This document shows positions 38,859 to 46,619 of a stretch of 51,035 nucleotides of DNA, piece after piece (positions within the stretch are counted from its first letter, which is position 1; every line of letters starts with the position of its first letter). The notes beneath the pieces are model-generated. The model made no database searches. It was given only the letters and a program-made list of their open reading frames with translations, and was not told where the DNA came from. The stretch comes from Methanobacteriota archaeon (GTDB lineage Archaea > Thermoplasmatota > Poseidoniia > Poseidoniales > Poseidoniaceae), in assembly GCA_002689345.1 (NCBI GenBank), contig NZFU01000034.1:1-51035 (forward strand), in the 5' to 3' direction. The position numbers and the translations under genes were made by a program.

Positions 38859-39752
38859 ATGAAGCGAGTTCTAGTTGTGGGGGCCGGCATCCAAGGTCTA
38901 GTCACTGCAGCCCGCGAACATTTGTCTAACAATCAAGTCTTCATTTTAGAAAAGCGCAAACGAATAGGAGGCAGAGGGACCAGTGAGGATTCATTTGGCC
39001 ACCAATTAGAACACGGCCCACATTTGCTATTGAAAGGAGGAGAACTCCATACTATGGTTAAGAAGGTCAGCAAGGTCAAGCCTTCATTACGGCCGATTAG
39101 ACCACACAAAGTGCATATTGTGGGGCACGGGATGCTACAGCCCCTGAATAATCCCAAGAAAATGCTTGCATTCAAATTAGGACAAGACCCAGTTAGAGAA
39201 CAAGCGATCAGATTAGTTTCAGGATGGGGCCAAGATATTCCGGAGAGGCGTAAGGCTTTGCTAAAAGGCCGTCTTTGTGTTGTTGGAGAAGGTTGGTCAG
39301 GTCTTGTTGGCCGATTGGCTTCTACACTGGAAGAGGTAGGAGTTCCGATTCAGACCGGAATGAAAATCACAGAACAATACGATGGAGGCGTAATCACTTC
39401 TAAAGGTCTGAAAATTGAAGCAGATATAGTTAGAATGTGTGACGGCAAGCCAGTAGGTGATCCAGTAAAGGTCTCAACATTGGATGTTATACTTGATAAT
39501 AAACCTCTAAAAGACCTTCACGGAATTATCAAAGGAGATGTTGCAATACTAAATTTGGCAGCAATTCATTCCCGAAAAGCACCTGGCATGAGCCACTTTT
39601 CGTGCATTGCACTTTCAGGGGGCGTCGAGGCAATAGAACAATTGCTAGATGAGCGAGTGTCAGGCTGGCGCTCACACATCATCACAAAAAGACAAAACGA
39701 TTCAATCACTTTAACCGACTCAAGAGGCCATCTTTCCGATGGGGTCATTTGA
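38859..39752 (+). CDS. short FAD-dependent oxidoreductase (amine oxidase/phytoene desaturase-like N-terminus)
   Basis: VLVVGAGIQGL, LEKRKRIGGR..S, EHGPH; GGGGTGA RBS before ATG 38859. Confidence 0.75.
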   Translation: MKRVLVVGAGIQGLVTAAREHLSNNQVFILEKRKRIGGRGTSEDSFGHQLEHGPHLLLKGGELHTMVKKVSKVKPSLRPIRPHKVHIVGHGMLQPLNNPKKMLAFKLGQDPVREQAIRLVSGWGQDIPERRKALLKGRLCVVGEGWSGLVGRLASTLEEVGVPIQTGMKITEQYDGGVITSKGLKIEADIVRMCDGKPVGDPVKVSTLDVILDNKPLKDLHGIIKGDVAILNLAAIHSRKAPGMSHFSCIALSGGVEAIEQLLDERVSGWRSHIITKRQNDSITLTDSRGHLSDGVI

Positions 39753-39778
39753 AGCACCGTCTAGTCTGGAGGCTATAC

Positions 39779-40561
39779 ATGCGAATCGTTACTTGGAACG
39801 TGAATGGAATCAGGGCCGCGATTCGAAAGGGTTTAGATAAATTCATTGAAAAGATAGACGCAGATGTATGGATGTTGCAAGAAGTACGCTGTTTACAAGA
39901 ACAATTACCCAATGATTGGGCATTACCTGATGGCTGCAAAATGATTCTTCATCCAGCGGAAAAGAAAGGGTACTCGGGAGTTGCTACAATCTCAAAAAAT
40001 GAAATGGTTGAGATAGGCAGGGGAATGAATGGCCAGATTGATCCAAACGATTCAGAAGGCAGAGTATTAGTTACAACACATAATGGTATTACACTAGTAA
40101 ATACATATCTTCCAAGTGGCTCTTCCAAAGAGGAGAGGCAACAATACAAGGAAACTTGGATGTCTCAATGGAGGGATTTTATCAGGCCTTATCTAAATTC
40201 AAAAGAACCAGTAATAGTGGCTGGTGATTTGAATATTGCACATACTGAAAATGATATTTGGAATCCCAAAGGCAATGCAAAAAGTAGCGGATTCTTACCG
40301 CACGAAAGAGAGTGGTTCAGTGAATTATTGGCCGAAGGTTGGTGTGATTTGTTTAGAGAGCACGTAGGCCCAGATGAGAAAACATTCTCTTGGTGGTCAA
40401 ATCGCGGACAAGCTAGAGCAAAGGACAGAGGATGGAGAATCGACTATCTTCTAGGTAACGATGCTGCGAAGAAGCGTCTTATTTCTGTAGAGATAGATAG
40501 ACAAGGCGGCCTAGAGGTTAGTGACCACGCGCCTGTGATTTTAGATATTTATTCATCTTGA
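39779..40561 (+). CDS. xth: exodeoxyribonuclease III / AP endonuclease
   Basis: TWNVNGIRA, LQEVR, GYSGVA, GDLNIAH, FSWWS, GWRIDY, SDHAP. Confidence 0.96.
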   Translation: MRIVTWNVNGIRAAIRKGLDKFIEKIDADVWMLQEVRCLQEQLPNDWALPDGCKMILHPAEKKGYSGVATISKNEMVEIGRGMNGQIDPNDSEGRVLVTTHNGITLVNTYLPSGSSKEERQQYKETWMSQWRDFIRPYLNSKEPVIVAGDLNIAHTENDIWNPKGNAKSSGFLPHEREWFSELLAEGWCDLFREHVGPDEKTFSWWSNRGQARAKDRGWRIDYLLGNDAAKKRLISVEIDRQGGLEVSDHAPVILDIYSS

Positions 40562-40776
40562 TCTGAAAACAAGGTTAGCAAATCATCGACGATAATTCGT
40601 AGCTCTTCCAAACTTTCAGCCTCAACATCAATCACCAGCGTAACCATCGTCTCATCTTCAGCAGAATCACCTTCAACGATTTTACTGTTAATTCCCTCAG
40701 GTATCAAGCCAGCAAGTTGTTGACCAACTTCAAGAGAACCGTGCCATTTCAGACAGGTCGTAAAACTCTCGGCCAT
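40549..40776 (-). CDS. small acidic protein, possibly KEOPS subunit Pcc1-like
   Basis: 75 aa; LVIDVEAESLEELRIIVDDLL resembles the Pcc1 strand-helix (IxAxDxxxLR) pattern. Confidence 0.4.
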   Translation of the reverse strand: MAESFTTCLKWHGSLEVGQQLAGLIPEGINSKIVEGDSAEDETMVTLVIDVEAESLEELRIIVDDLLTLFSDQDE

Positions 40777-40854
40777 GAAGATTACTCAAGCATCACCCCA
40801 ATGAGAGTTACTACTATTGGCATGACTCTTTGAATAGCATCTCTTCAGGAGGTT

Positions 40855-42180
40855 ATGGATGAGCCGATCCAAGTTCTTGCTGGAACGGGCGGGGTTGCCT
40901 TGGGCGAGGCAAGAACGAATCATGAAGGCAGAAAGGCGATACTTCTACACAGGGAAGGAAATCCAAGTGAATTGATTGCATTAGCAGAAACGATGGGAAT
41001 TGAAATTATCGACACCCAATACCAAAAAGGAATCGATGACCCACGTACATATTTTGGTAAGGGGCGCTTACAAGATGTTGGTGATGAAATCTCTAGTGCA
41101 GTCGAAGGACATCCGTGGCATGGTGTAGATTTAGTAATCATTCATTCTAACGCATCACCTAGACAACTGGTAAATATTCACGCATCTGTACAAGTCGAAG
41201 TTTGGGACCGAGTTCGTTTACTACTTTCATTATTCATTTCACACGCCGGAAGTGTAGAGGCTAGAACCCAGGTTCGAATTGCTCAATTACAAGCCGATAG
41301 AACAGTTCTAAGGGAATTGGTAAATCAACAAACAACTGGTGAAAGAGCAGGCTTTGGTGCTGGAGGTAAACAAGCAATTCAGGGGGTTCTTACCACTGTT
41401 TCAAGGGAATTAACCCAATTAAAAAAGAAACAGCAAAAGTATGCATCTGCACGTAAAGAGAGGCGACGTCAAAGAGTACGTGGTGGCGCTAGAACCGTTG
41501 GATTAGCAGGTTATACCAACGCGGGCAAATCCTCGCTTTTCCTAGCGTTATCTGGAAAAGAAGTACTCGTGGAAGACAAATTGTTCTCAACCCTCGAGAC
41601 CACTGTCGGCAGGATGGAGATGAGCCCACGAGTTTTACTAGTTGACACGATAGGTTTCATCGATGAATTGCCTTCAGATTTATTGGATGCATTCCATGCA
41701 ACATTAGACGAAGCCCTACAATGTGATTTACTACTCCTATTGGTAGATAGTAGCGATGAAGCAAGCGAAATAGAAAGAAAACTTTCCACATCTAGAAGAG
41801 AGGTTCTTGATAGAAGTGAAGATGGTAATTTGAGTATCAAAGTAGTCCTTACCAAAAGCGACACTGGCGGAGATATAGAGGTTGCACAAGAGGTAGTTTC
41901 ATCGATGGGCATGTCCGAAGCAATGGTTGTATCTTCCCATAATGAGCAAGGACTAGACGAGTTAAGAGAGGAGATAATGTATTCATTATATGGTCCTAAA
42001 ACCACACTAATCGTTTCAGAAGAAAAACCGGGGCAACGAAGTGCTGAAGCCTATATCAGCCAGATATACGACTTGGGGATTGTTACTGAAAAGAACGATT
42101 TAGAATTGACGCTATGGTGTGGACAAGCTGAGTTACAAAGACTGATTGCGAAATCAGATGGACGCATCTCTATCAAGTAG
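40855..42180 (+). CDS. hflX: GTPase HflX
   Basis: YFGKGRL, GAGGKQ, GYTNAGKSSL (G1), DKLFSTL (G2), DTIGFI (G3), TKSD (G4). Confidence 0.95.
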   Translation: MDEPIQVLAGTGGVALGEARTNHEGRKAILLHREGNPSELIALAETMGIEIIDTQYQKGIDDPRTYFGKGRLQDVGDEISSAVEGHPWHGVDLVIIHSNASPRQLVNIHASVQVEVWDRVRLLLSLFISHAGSVEARTQVRIAQLQADRTVLRELVNQQTTGERAGFGAGGKQAIQGVLTTVSRELTQLKKKQQKYASARKERRRQRVRGGARTVGLAGYTNAGKSSLFLALSGKEVLVEDKLFSTLETTVGRMEMSPRVLLVDTIGFIDELPSDLLDAFHATLDEALQCDLLLLLVDSSDEASEIERKLSTSRREVLDRSEDGNLSIKVVLTKSDTGGDIEVAQEVVSSMGMSEAMVVSSHNEQGLDELREEIMYSLYGPKTTLIVSEEKPGQRSAEAYISQIYDLGIVTEKNDLELTLWCGQAELQRLIAKSDGRISIK

Positions 42181-42201
42181 GACCTGCGTTTAGGAGCAGA
42201 T

Positions 42202-43098
42202 ATGTCCGAACTGCTTGAGGATGTAGTGGCCCTTCCAGAAGAAGAGCCAGTCTTCAAATCAAGCGGGGTGGCATTTGAGATAAAAAGTGAAGACGGACAC
42301 CCCGTTTTACGAATGATCGGAATTTTCGTCTTCATCATTTGCGGGCTTGGAATTGCTAATGGTCTAGACTTTATCACTCCGGAATCGGGCTTAGTTCGCC
42401 CACACGAATGGATTAATGGAATGGCTAATGGCGCTCCGTTTGATTCAGCAGAATTCGAAGGAGTGGTTTATTCTGGAGGCGAACCGATTGTTAATGCAAC
42501 AGTTGTAATTGGAATTTCTTTAGAAGACGGAACACTTTCTCAGATGGAAAATCAAACAGATGAAAATGGAAAATTTTTCTTTTCAGGAGCAACGCCAGGC
42601 CTAACTGCTATCAAGATAACTAGGTGGAATGCGGATGATATGCACGACGTTGTTCTCCATCGAATAATTCTCAATCCACCTTCGCCGATGGAATCTAAGG
42701 GATTTAGTACAATCAATTTCGATTTACCCAATACCAATGAATTTCAAAAAGAGGATTGCGGAAATGAAAATTTGAATGGATCATGTTTCAGAGAGATCAA
42801 CTACCACCCCGAGGAGATGGAGTTTCCACTAATTGATGAATCAGCAGCTGGCATGTACATAATGGTGGGATGGGGAATGATTGGCCTGTCATTGATATCT
42901 TCAGGATTTGCATTCCTTGGAATAAAGAAAGGTTCGAGAGGTATGATTCAAACGTCTTGCGTCTTAGTCTTCTTTACAGCAGGACACTATTACAGCGCTT
43001 GTCTATTTTCAATCATGGCCCTCGCCCTCACCTTCACAGTACCCCGCAAGTCGATAATTCTCGATGCCGAGGGCCGACACCCTATTCACTCCCCTTGA
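42202..43098 (+). CDS. membrane protein with carboxypeptidase-regulatory-like beta-sandwich
   Basis: N-terminal TM, GEPIVNATV...TDENGKFFF motif, three C-terminal TM segments. Confidence 0.65.
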   Translation: MSELLEDVVALPEEEPVFKSSGVAFEIKSEDGHPVLRMIGIFVFIICGLGIANGLDFITPESGLVRPHEWINGMANGAPFDSAEFEGVVYSGGEPIVNATVVIGISLEDGTLSQMENQTDENGKFFFSGATPGLTAIKITRWNADDMHDVVLHRIILNPPSPMESKGFSTINFDLPNTNEFQKEDCGNENLNGSCFREINYHPEEMEFPLIDESAAGMYIMVGWGMIGLSLISSGFAFLGIKKGSRGMIQTSCVLVFFTAGHYYSACLFSIMALALTFTVPRKSIILDAEGRHPIHSP

Positions 43099-43110
43099 TT
43101 TAGGCGGGAC

Positions 43111-44133
43111 ATGGATTTGATTCAGGCGGCTTGGATGATTCGTGATTTGGGCCAGCCAGTCAGTGCCATCCACATCGGTGATGAATCGTCTTTAATCGCC
43201 GGAGGATGGGACGGGGCATTGAAAAAATGGGACAAAGATGGCTCATTGGTTTGGGCTGTTCAATGCGAGGACCGCATTGAAACTATTCTACGAATCAAAG
43301 AATTGGTTATAGTAACATCAGGCCTACACATTACTTGTGTTAAACAAGGAGAAATTCAATGGAGTAATCCATTGGAAGGCTCAGCCGATTTGCTTTGTTA
43401 CCATAATGGACAAATCGTAGCAACCTCTAGCGTTTATGATATTGAACATGGAGATTTTATGGAAAGTGCAATTTGGAAATTTTCTCTAGATGGCGAATTA
43501 CTCGAGGTATCTCGAATGGATGAAAGACCTTGGTTTGTTCAATCTACAAAAAATTTGATTTTTGGACTAGGTAGGCCAAAATGCGGGTTGTTGATAGATG
43601 ACGTCCACCATGAATTATCTAGCAATTCCCCAGTTACTTGTGGAGCATCAAGCCCAGACAATGCCCTGTTTGGACATGCGGACGGCACAATTTCTTCTAT
43701 TGATGGAGTAATCACTAAGGAAGAATCTTCAATCGAATCTTTGGTTTGTACAAAAGATGGCTTTATTGCAGCTCTTGAATCCGGAGTTCTAATTTCTAGG
43801 GGCTTAGATGCAACTGAGATTTGGAGAAACGAAGGCGTACAGATTACAACACAATCTACCGGATTCAATAATTTGCATTGGTGTGGAAGGTCTCAGGAAA
43901 ATTCTGGAATCATTGAAGTGAGAAATATTGCTGGCGAAATAGTTGCAAAAACAAACACAACTCGTCCCAGGGTTTCTACCGCTATTGAAAATAGAGTTGC
44001 TATCGGTTTTGAAGATGGTCAGATTTTAGTTTGGGAAATGGAATTGTTTGAACGCCGCTCAAATGAAAAATCAATAGAGACAGATGGCCGAAGATCTGCC
44101 CTGGCTGCAAAGCTTCGTTCACTACGAGAATAA
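43111..44133 (+). CDS. beta-propeller (WD40/PQQ-like) protein
   Basis: LIAGGWDGALKKW, LFGHADGTI, VAIGFEDGQILVW blade motifs; charged helical C-terminus. Confidence 0.75.
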   Translation: MDLIQAAWMIRDLGQPVSAIHIGDESSLIAGGWDGALKKWDKDGSLVWAVQCEDRIETILRIKELVIVTSGLHITCVKQGEIQWSNPLEGSADLLCYHNGQIVATSSVYDIEHGDFMESAIWKFSLDGELLEVSRMDERPWFVQSTKNLIFGLGRPKCGLLIDDVHHELSSNSPVTCGASSPDNALFGHADGTISSIDGVITKEESSIESLVCTKDGFIAALESGVLISRGLDATEIWRNEGVQITTQSTGFNNLHWCGRSQENSGIIEVRNIAGEIVAKTNTTRPRVSTAIENRVAIGFEDGQILVWEMELFERRSNEKSIETDGRRSALAAKLRSLRE

Positions 44134-44153
44134 TGTTATTTCTTGCACTAATA

Positions 44154-44206
44154 TTCCAGTGGAACCAGTGGAAACCATGCTCGCAACCCCTCATTTCCGC
44201 TGGAAA
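44154..44206. promoter_or_regulatory. palindromic TTCC-N3-GGAA sites upstream of the putative large RNA
   Basis: TTCCAGTGGAA (44154-44164), second CCAGTGGAA copy (44165-44173), TTTCCGCTGGAAA (44194-44206). Confidence 0.35.
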
Positions 44207-45130
44207 ACAGTCAAAAAAAGCGTAAAGTTTATTTGCCTCCGCTACCCACCTGAATAGTGCCGCTCCACAAGGAGTGGTGGAGGACTTCTTCGGAAAGCCT
44301 CCGGGACCCTTGCCAACCGGCCTGCTCAAACCGAGCAAAGCGTTGGTCACAAACTCTGGAGACAGAGCAAGTGAGGCGACAGGGGAGATTCGAAATCTTC
44401 GGAGATCGAAAGTCCCCACCGCCCACAGGATGATTTGGAGCCTAGGCGAAAAATCAGCTACAGGACTTTCGGGAAATGTAGTACAGGGAGGGCCACAACT
44501 TGTTGTGGAATTACCAATGACTGTGCATTAGCCGGGAGGTGCAATAGTAACAGTTCTTCGGGACAACTTCTGTTGCAATTAACGGCCGGTGAAAAAGTTT
44601 CGACTTGGACACCACGGACGGAAACCGAACCAGGGATGCGACCTTCGGGAAACAAAACTGGAAACGGACCAGCCACGGACGGAAACCGCGCCACATACTT
44701 CTTCGGAAGTGAGTGGAGACGGACCTCCATGGCCGAAACCGAATCTAGGAATTACCTTCGGGAAATTCATAGAAAACGGACGGCTACGTCGGAAGGAAGC
44801 ACGATCACTTCGGTGAAAATGCGGAAAACCAACGACCGGTAAAGAGGAACACAACCTTCGGGAAGTGGAAATCAATACCACCCTGGAAATGGAACACTTC
44901 GGTGGGAAATTAACAGAAACTCGGCCGCCGGGAAGAAGGCAACTTGGAAACAAGCTGTCAACGATCTGGAATTTACTCTTAGGAGTGAAGGAAGGTGACG
45001 ACGACTCGGCAGTCACCAGCGGAGGCTGGCAGGGGGGCGGATATCCCACCCGGATGAAACCCCCCTGCCAGTTCTCCCATCCTGCTTTCACAGGTAATCG
45101 GGTGCCAGTGCGTACCGCTTATGACTGTTG
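44206..45130 (+). ncRNA. large highly structured non-coding RNA of unknown family (~800-925 nt)
   Basis: Nine CTTCGG plus one TTTCGG on +, none of the reverse (CCGAAG); GNRA and CUUG hairpins; G-U pairs valid only on +; long-range closing helices; no credible ORF. Confidence 0.85.
44612..44781 (+). repeat. three tandem ~57-61-nt structural modules inside the ncRNA
   Basis: Exact 16-mer CCACGGACGGAAACCG at 44612 and 44673, variant at 44727; each is followed by a UUCG-capped helix and A(A/G)ACGGAC. Confidence 0.85.
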
Positions 45131-45169
45131 AGGCCCTACTTCTTACCTACAACCACTTTTGTTTAGTGA

Positions 45170-46561
45170 TTATTTTTGTCCGGTCATTTCTTCAGGCCTT
45201 ACCCACTGATCGAATTCCTCATTGGTAAGATATCCTAGTTCCAAAGCAGCCTCTCTCAAGGTTGTACCTTCTTCATGTGCCTTTTTTGCAATTTTCGCAG
45301 ATTTATCATAACCAATATGGTTGTTTAATGCAGTAACTAGCATTAGTGAATTTTCAAGATGATTATTGATTACCTCGCGATTAGGCTCGATGCCTTCAAC
45401 ACACTTTGTCCTGAACGCACGCATCGAATCTGAAAGTATCCTAATACTGTGCAATAAGTTGTGGATCATCATAGGTTTGAACACATTTAACTCGAAATTA
45501 CCTTGGCTGCCACCTATTGTTATTGCAGTGTGATTGCCCATTACTTGACAGCACACCATCGTCATGGCTTCTGATTGAGTTGGGTTTACTTTACCTGGCA
45601 TTATAGATGAGCCTGGCTCATTTGCAGGAAGAGATAATTCTTGTAAACCACACCTTGGCCCTGAGCCTAGCCATCTTACATCATTTGCAATTTTCATTAG
45701 ACTAGCCGCTAATGTGTTTAGAGAACCGCTTGCAGAAACTACAGCATCATGTGCTGCTAATTGCGAAAATTTGTTTGGAGCAGAAACAAATGGCATACTT
45801 GTTTTCAACGCTATGGCCATGGCAACTCTGTTTGCAAATTCGGGGTGAGTATTGAGCCCCGTCCCTACCGCTGTTCCTCCAAGAGCCAATTCATGCAAAT
45901 CCTCCAAAACGAATTCGATACGACGAATATTTGCATCCAATTGTGCAACCCAGCCACTAGCTTCTTGGCCTAAAGTTAGAGGCACAGCATCCATCAAATG
46001 CGTTCTTCCAATCTTTACGATATCGGACCAAGCATCCGATTTTGCTGCAAGCGCGTCCCGTAGATCACTTAGGCTAGGAAGCAGATCGTTAGTTATCGCT
46101 TCAGCACCTGCAATATGCATTGCAGTTGGAAATGTATCGTTAGACGATTGAGCGCGATTTACGTGGTCGTTAGGATGAACTGGAGTTTTTGAGCCTAATA
46201 CACCACCTGCCATTTCAATAGCTCTATTTGCAATTACTTCATTTGCATTCATATTGGATTGTGTACCAGAGCCTGTTTGCCAGACTCTTAGTGGAAAATG
46301 ACCATCAAGGCCTCCCTTAAGCACCTCTTCCGCAGCCGCAATAATTAATTTTGAGACATCAGAATCTAATTGTCCTAAATCAGCATTTACCTTTGCAGCA
46401 GCCTGTTTTAGTATGCCAAATGCACGGATAACACCGCGCGGCATAGTATCATCGCCGATATCGAAATTTATCAACGATCTAGCGGTCTGGCATCCGTAGT
46501 AACGATCAGCAGGAACTTCCAGTTCCCCCATGGTGTCGGCTTCGATGCGCACGTCTCCCAT
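45170..46561 (-). CDS. fumC: fumarate hydratase class II
   Basis: [42 protein letters not shown]; ATG 46561. Confidence 0.97.
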   Translation of the reverse strand: MGDVRIEADTMGELEVPADRYYGCQTARSLINFDIGDDTMPRGVIRAFGILKQAAAKVNADLGQLDSDVSKLIIAAAEEVLKGGLDGHFPLRVWQTGSGTQSNMNANEVIANRAIEMAGGVLGSKTPVHPNDHVNRAQSSNDTFPTAMHIAGAEAITNDLLPSLSDLRDALAAKSDAWSDIVKIGRTHLMDAVPLTLGQEASGWVAQLDANIRRIEFVLEDLHELALGGTAVGTGLNTHPEFANRVAMAIALKTSMPFVSAPNKFSQLAAHDAVVSASGSLNTLAASLMKIANDVRWLGSGPRCGLQELSLPANEPGSSIMPGKVNPTQSEAMTMVCCQVMGNHTAITIGGSQGNFELNVFKPMMIHNLLHSIRILSDSMRAFRTKCVEGIEPNREVINNHLENSLMLVTALNNHIGYDKSAKIAKKAHEEGTTLREAALELGYLTNEEFDQWVRPEEMTGQK

Positions 46562-46619
46562 GTGTAAGGGGGCGTAGGCGGTTGTCCATGTCCCTTTCCC
46601 TCTAGCAATCGTCAAAGGT

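Noticed and set aside
44385-44425. RNase P RNA (GAAAGTCCCC resembles the P4 5' strand; ACAGAAAC at ~44913 and GATGAAAC at ~45053 resemble CR-II/III)
   Set aside because: The GAG of GAGGAAAGUCC is missing, the segment pairs locally (GGCG..GGGGA/TCCCC..CGCC), and no 3' ACAGAA-N-GGCUUA P4 partner exists. A cmsearch with archaeal RNase P models should still be run.
44612-44781. Mini CRISPR array (16-nt repeats ~60 bp apart)
   Set aside because: The repeats are too short and only two are exact, the 'spacers' are themselves related UUCG hairpins, and there are no cas genes.
44786-44802. SRP RNA helix 8 (GGAAGGAAGCA)
   Set aside because: The conserved CAGG strand of the symmetric loop is absent (TACG instead), and there is no Alu domain or long helix 5.
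45038-45062. Hammerhead ribozyme (CGGATGAAAC)
   Set aside because: The core would need CUGANGA, stem II and GAAA; stem II is absent and position 2 is G.
44206-45129. Bulge-helix-bulge processing site in the terminal stem
   Set aside because: On the + strand the candidate 3-nt bulges lie 5' of the 4-bp helix, the reverse of canonical BHB geometry, and the flanking inner helix is weak.
45007-45130. 5S rRNA (124-nt end-paired domain with TCCCACC and TGAAAC)
   Set aside because: It lacks the loop C CCGAAC and loop E motifs and folds as a four-way rather than three-way junction.
44000-45131. ORFs predicted across the RNA region (44000-44419, 44274-44531, 44435-44842, 44579-45091, 44865-45131 and others)
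   Set aside because: They overlap each other on both strands, have Arg/Gly/Pro-biased composition and no motifs, and are explained by the GC-rich structured RNA.
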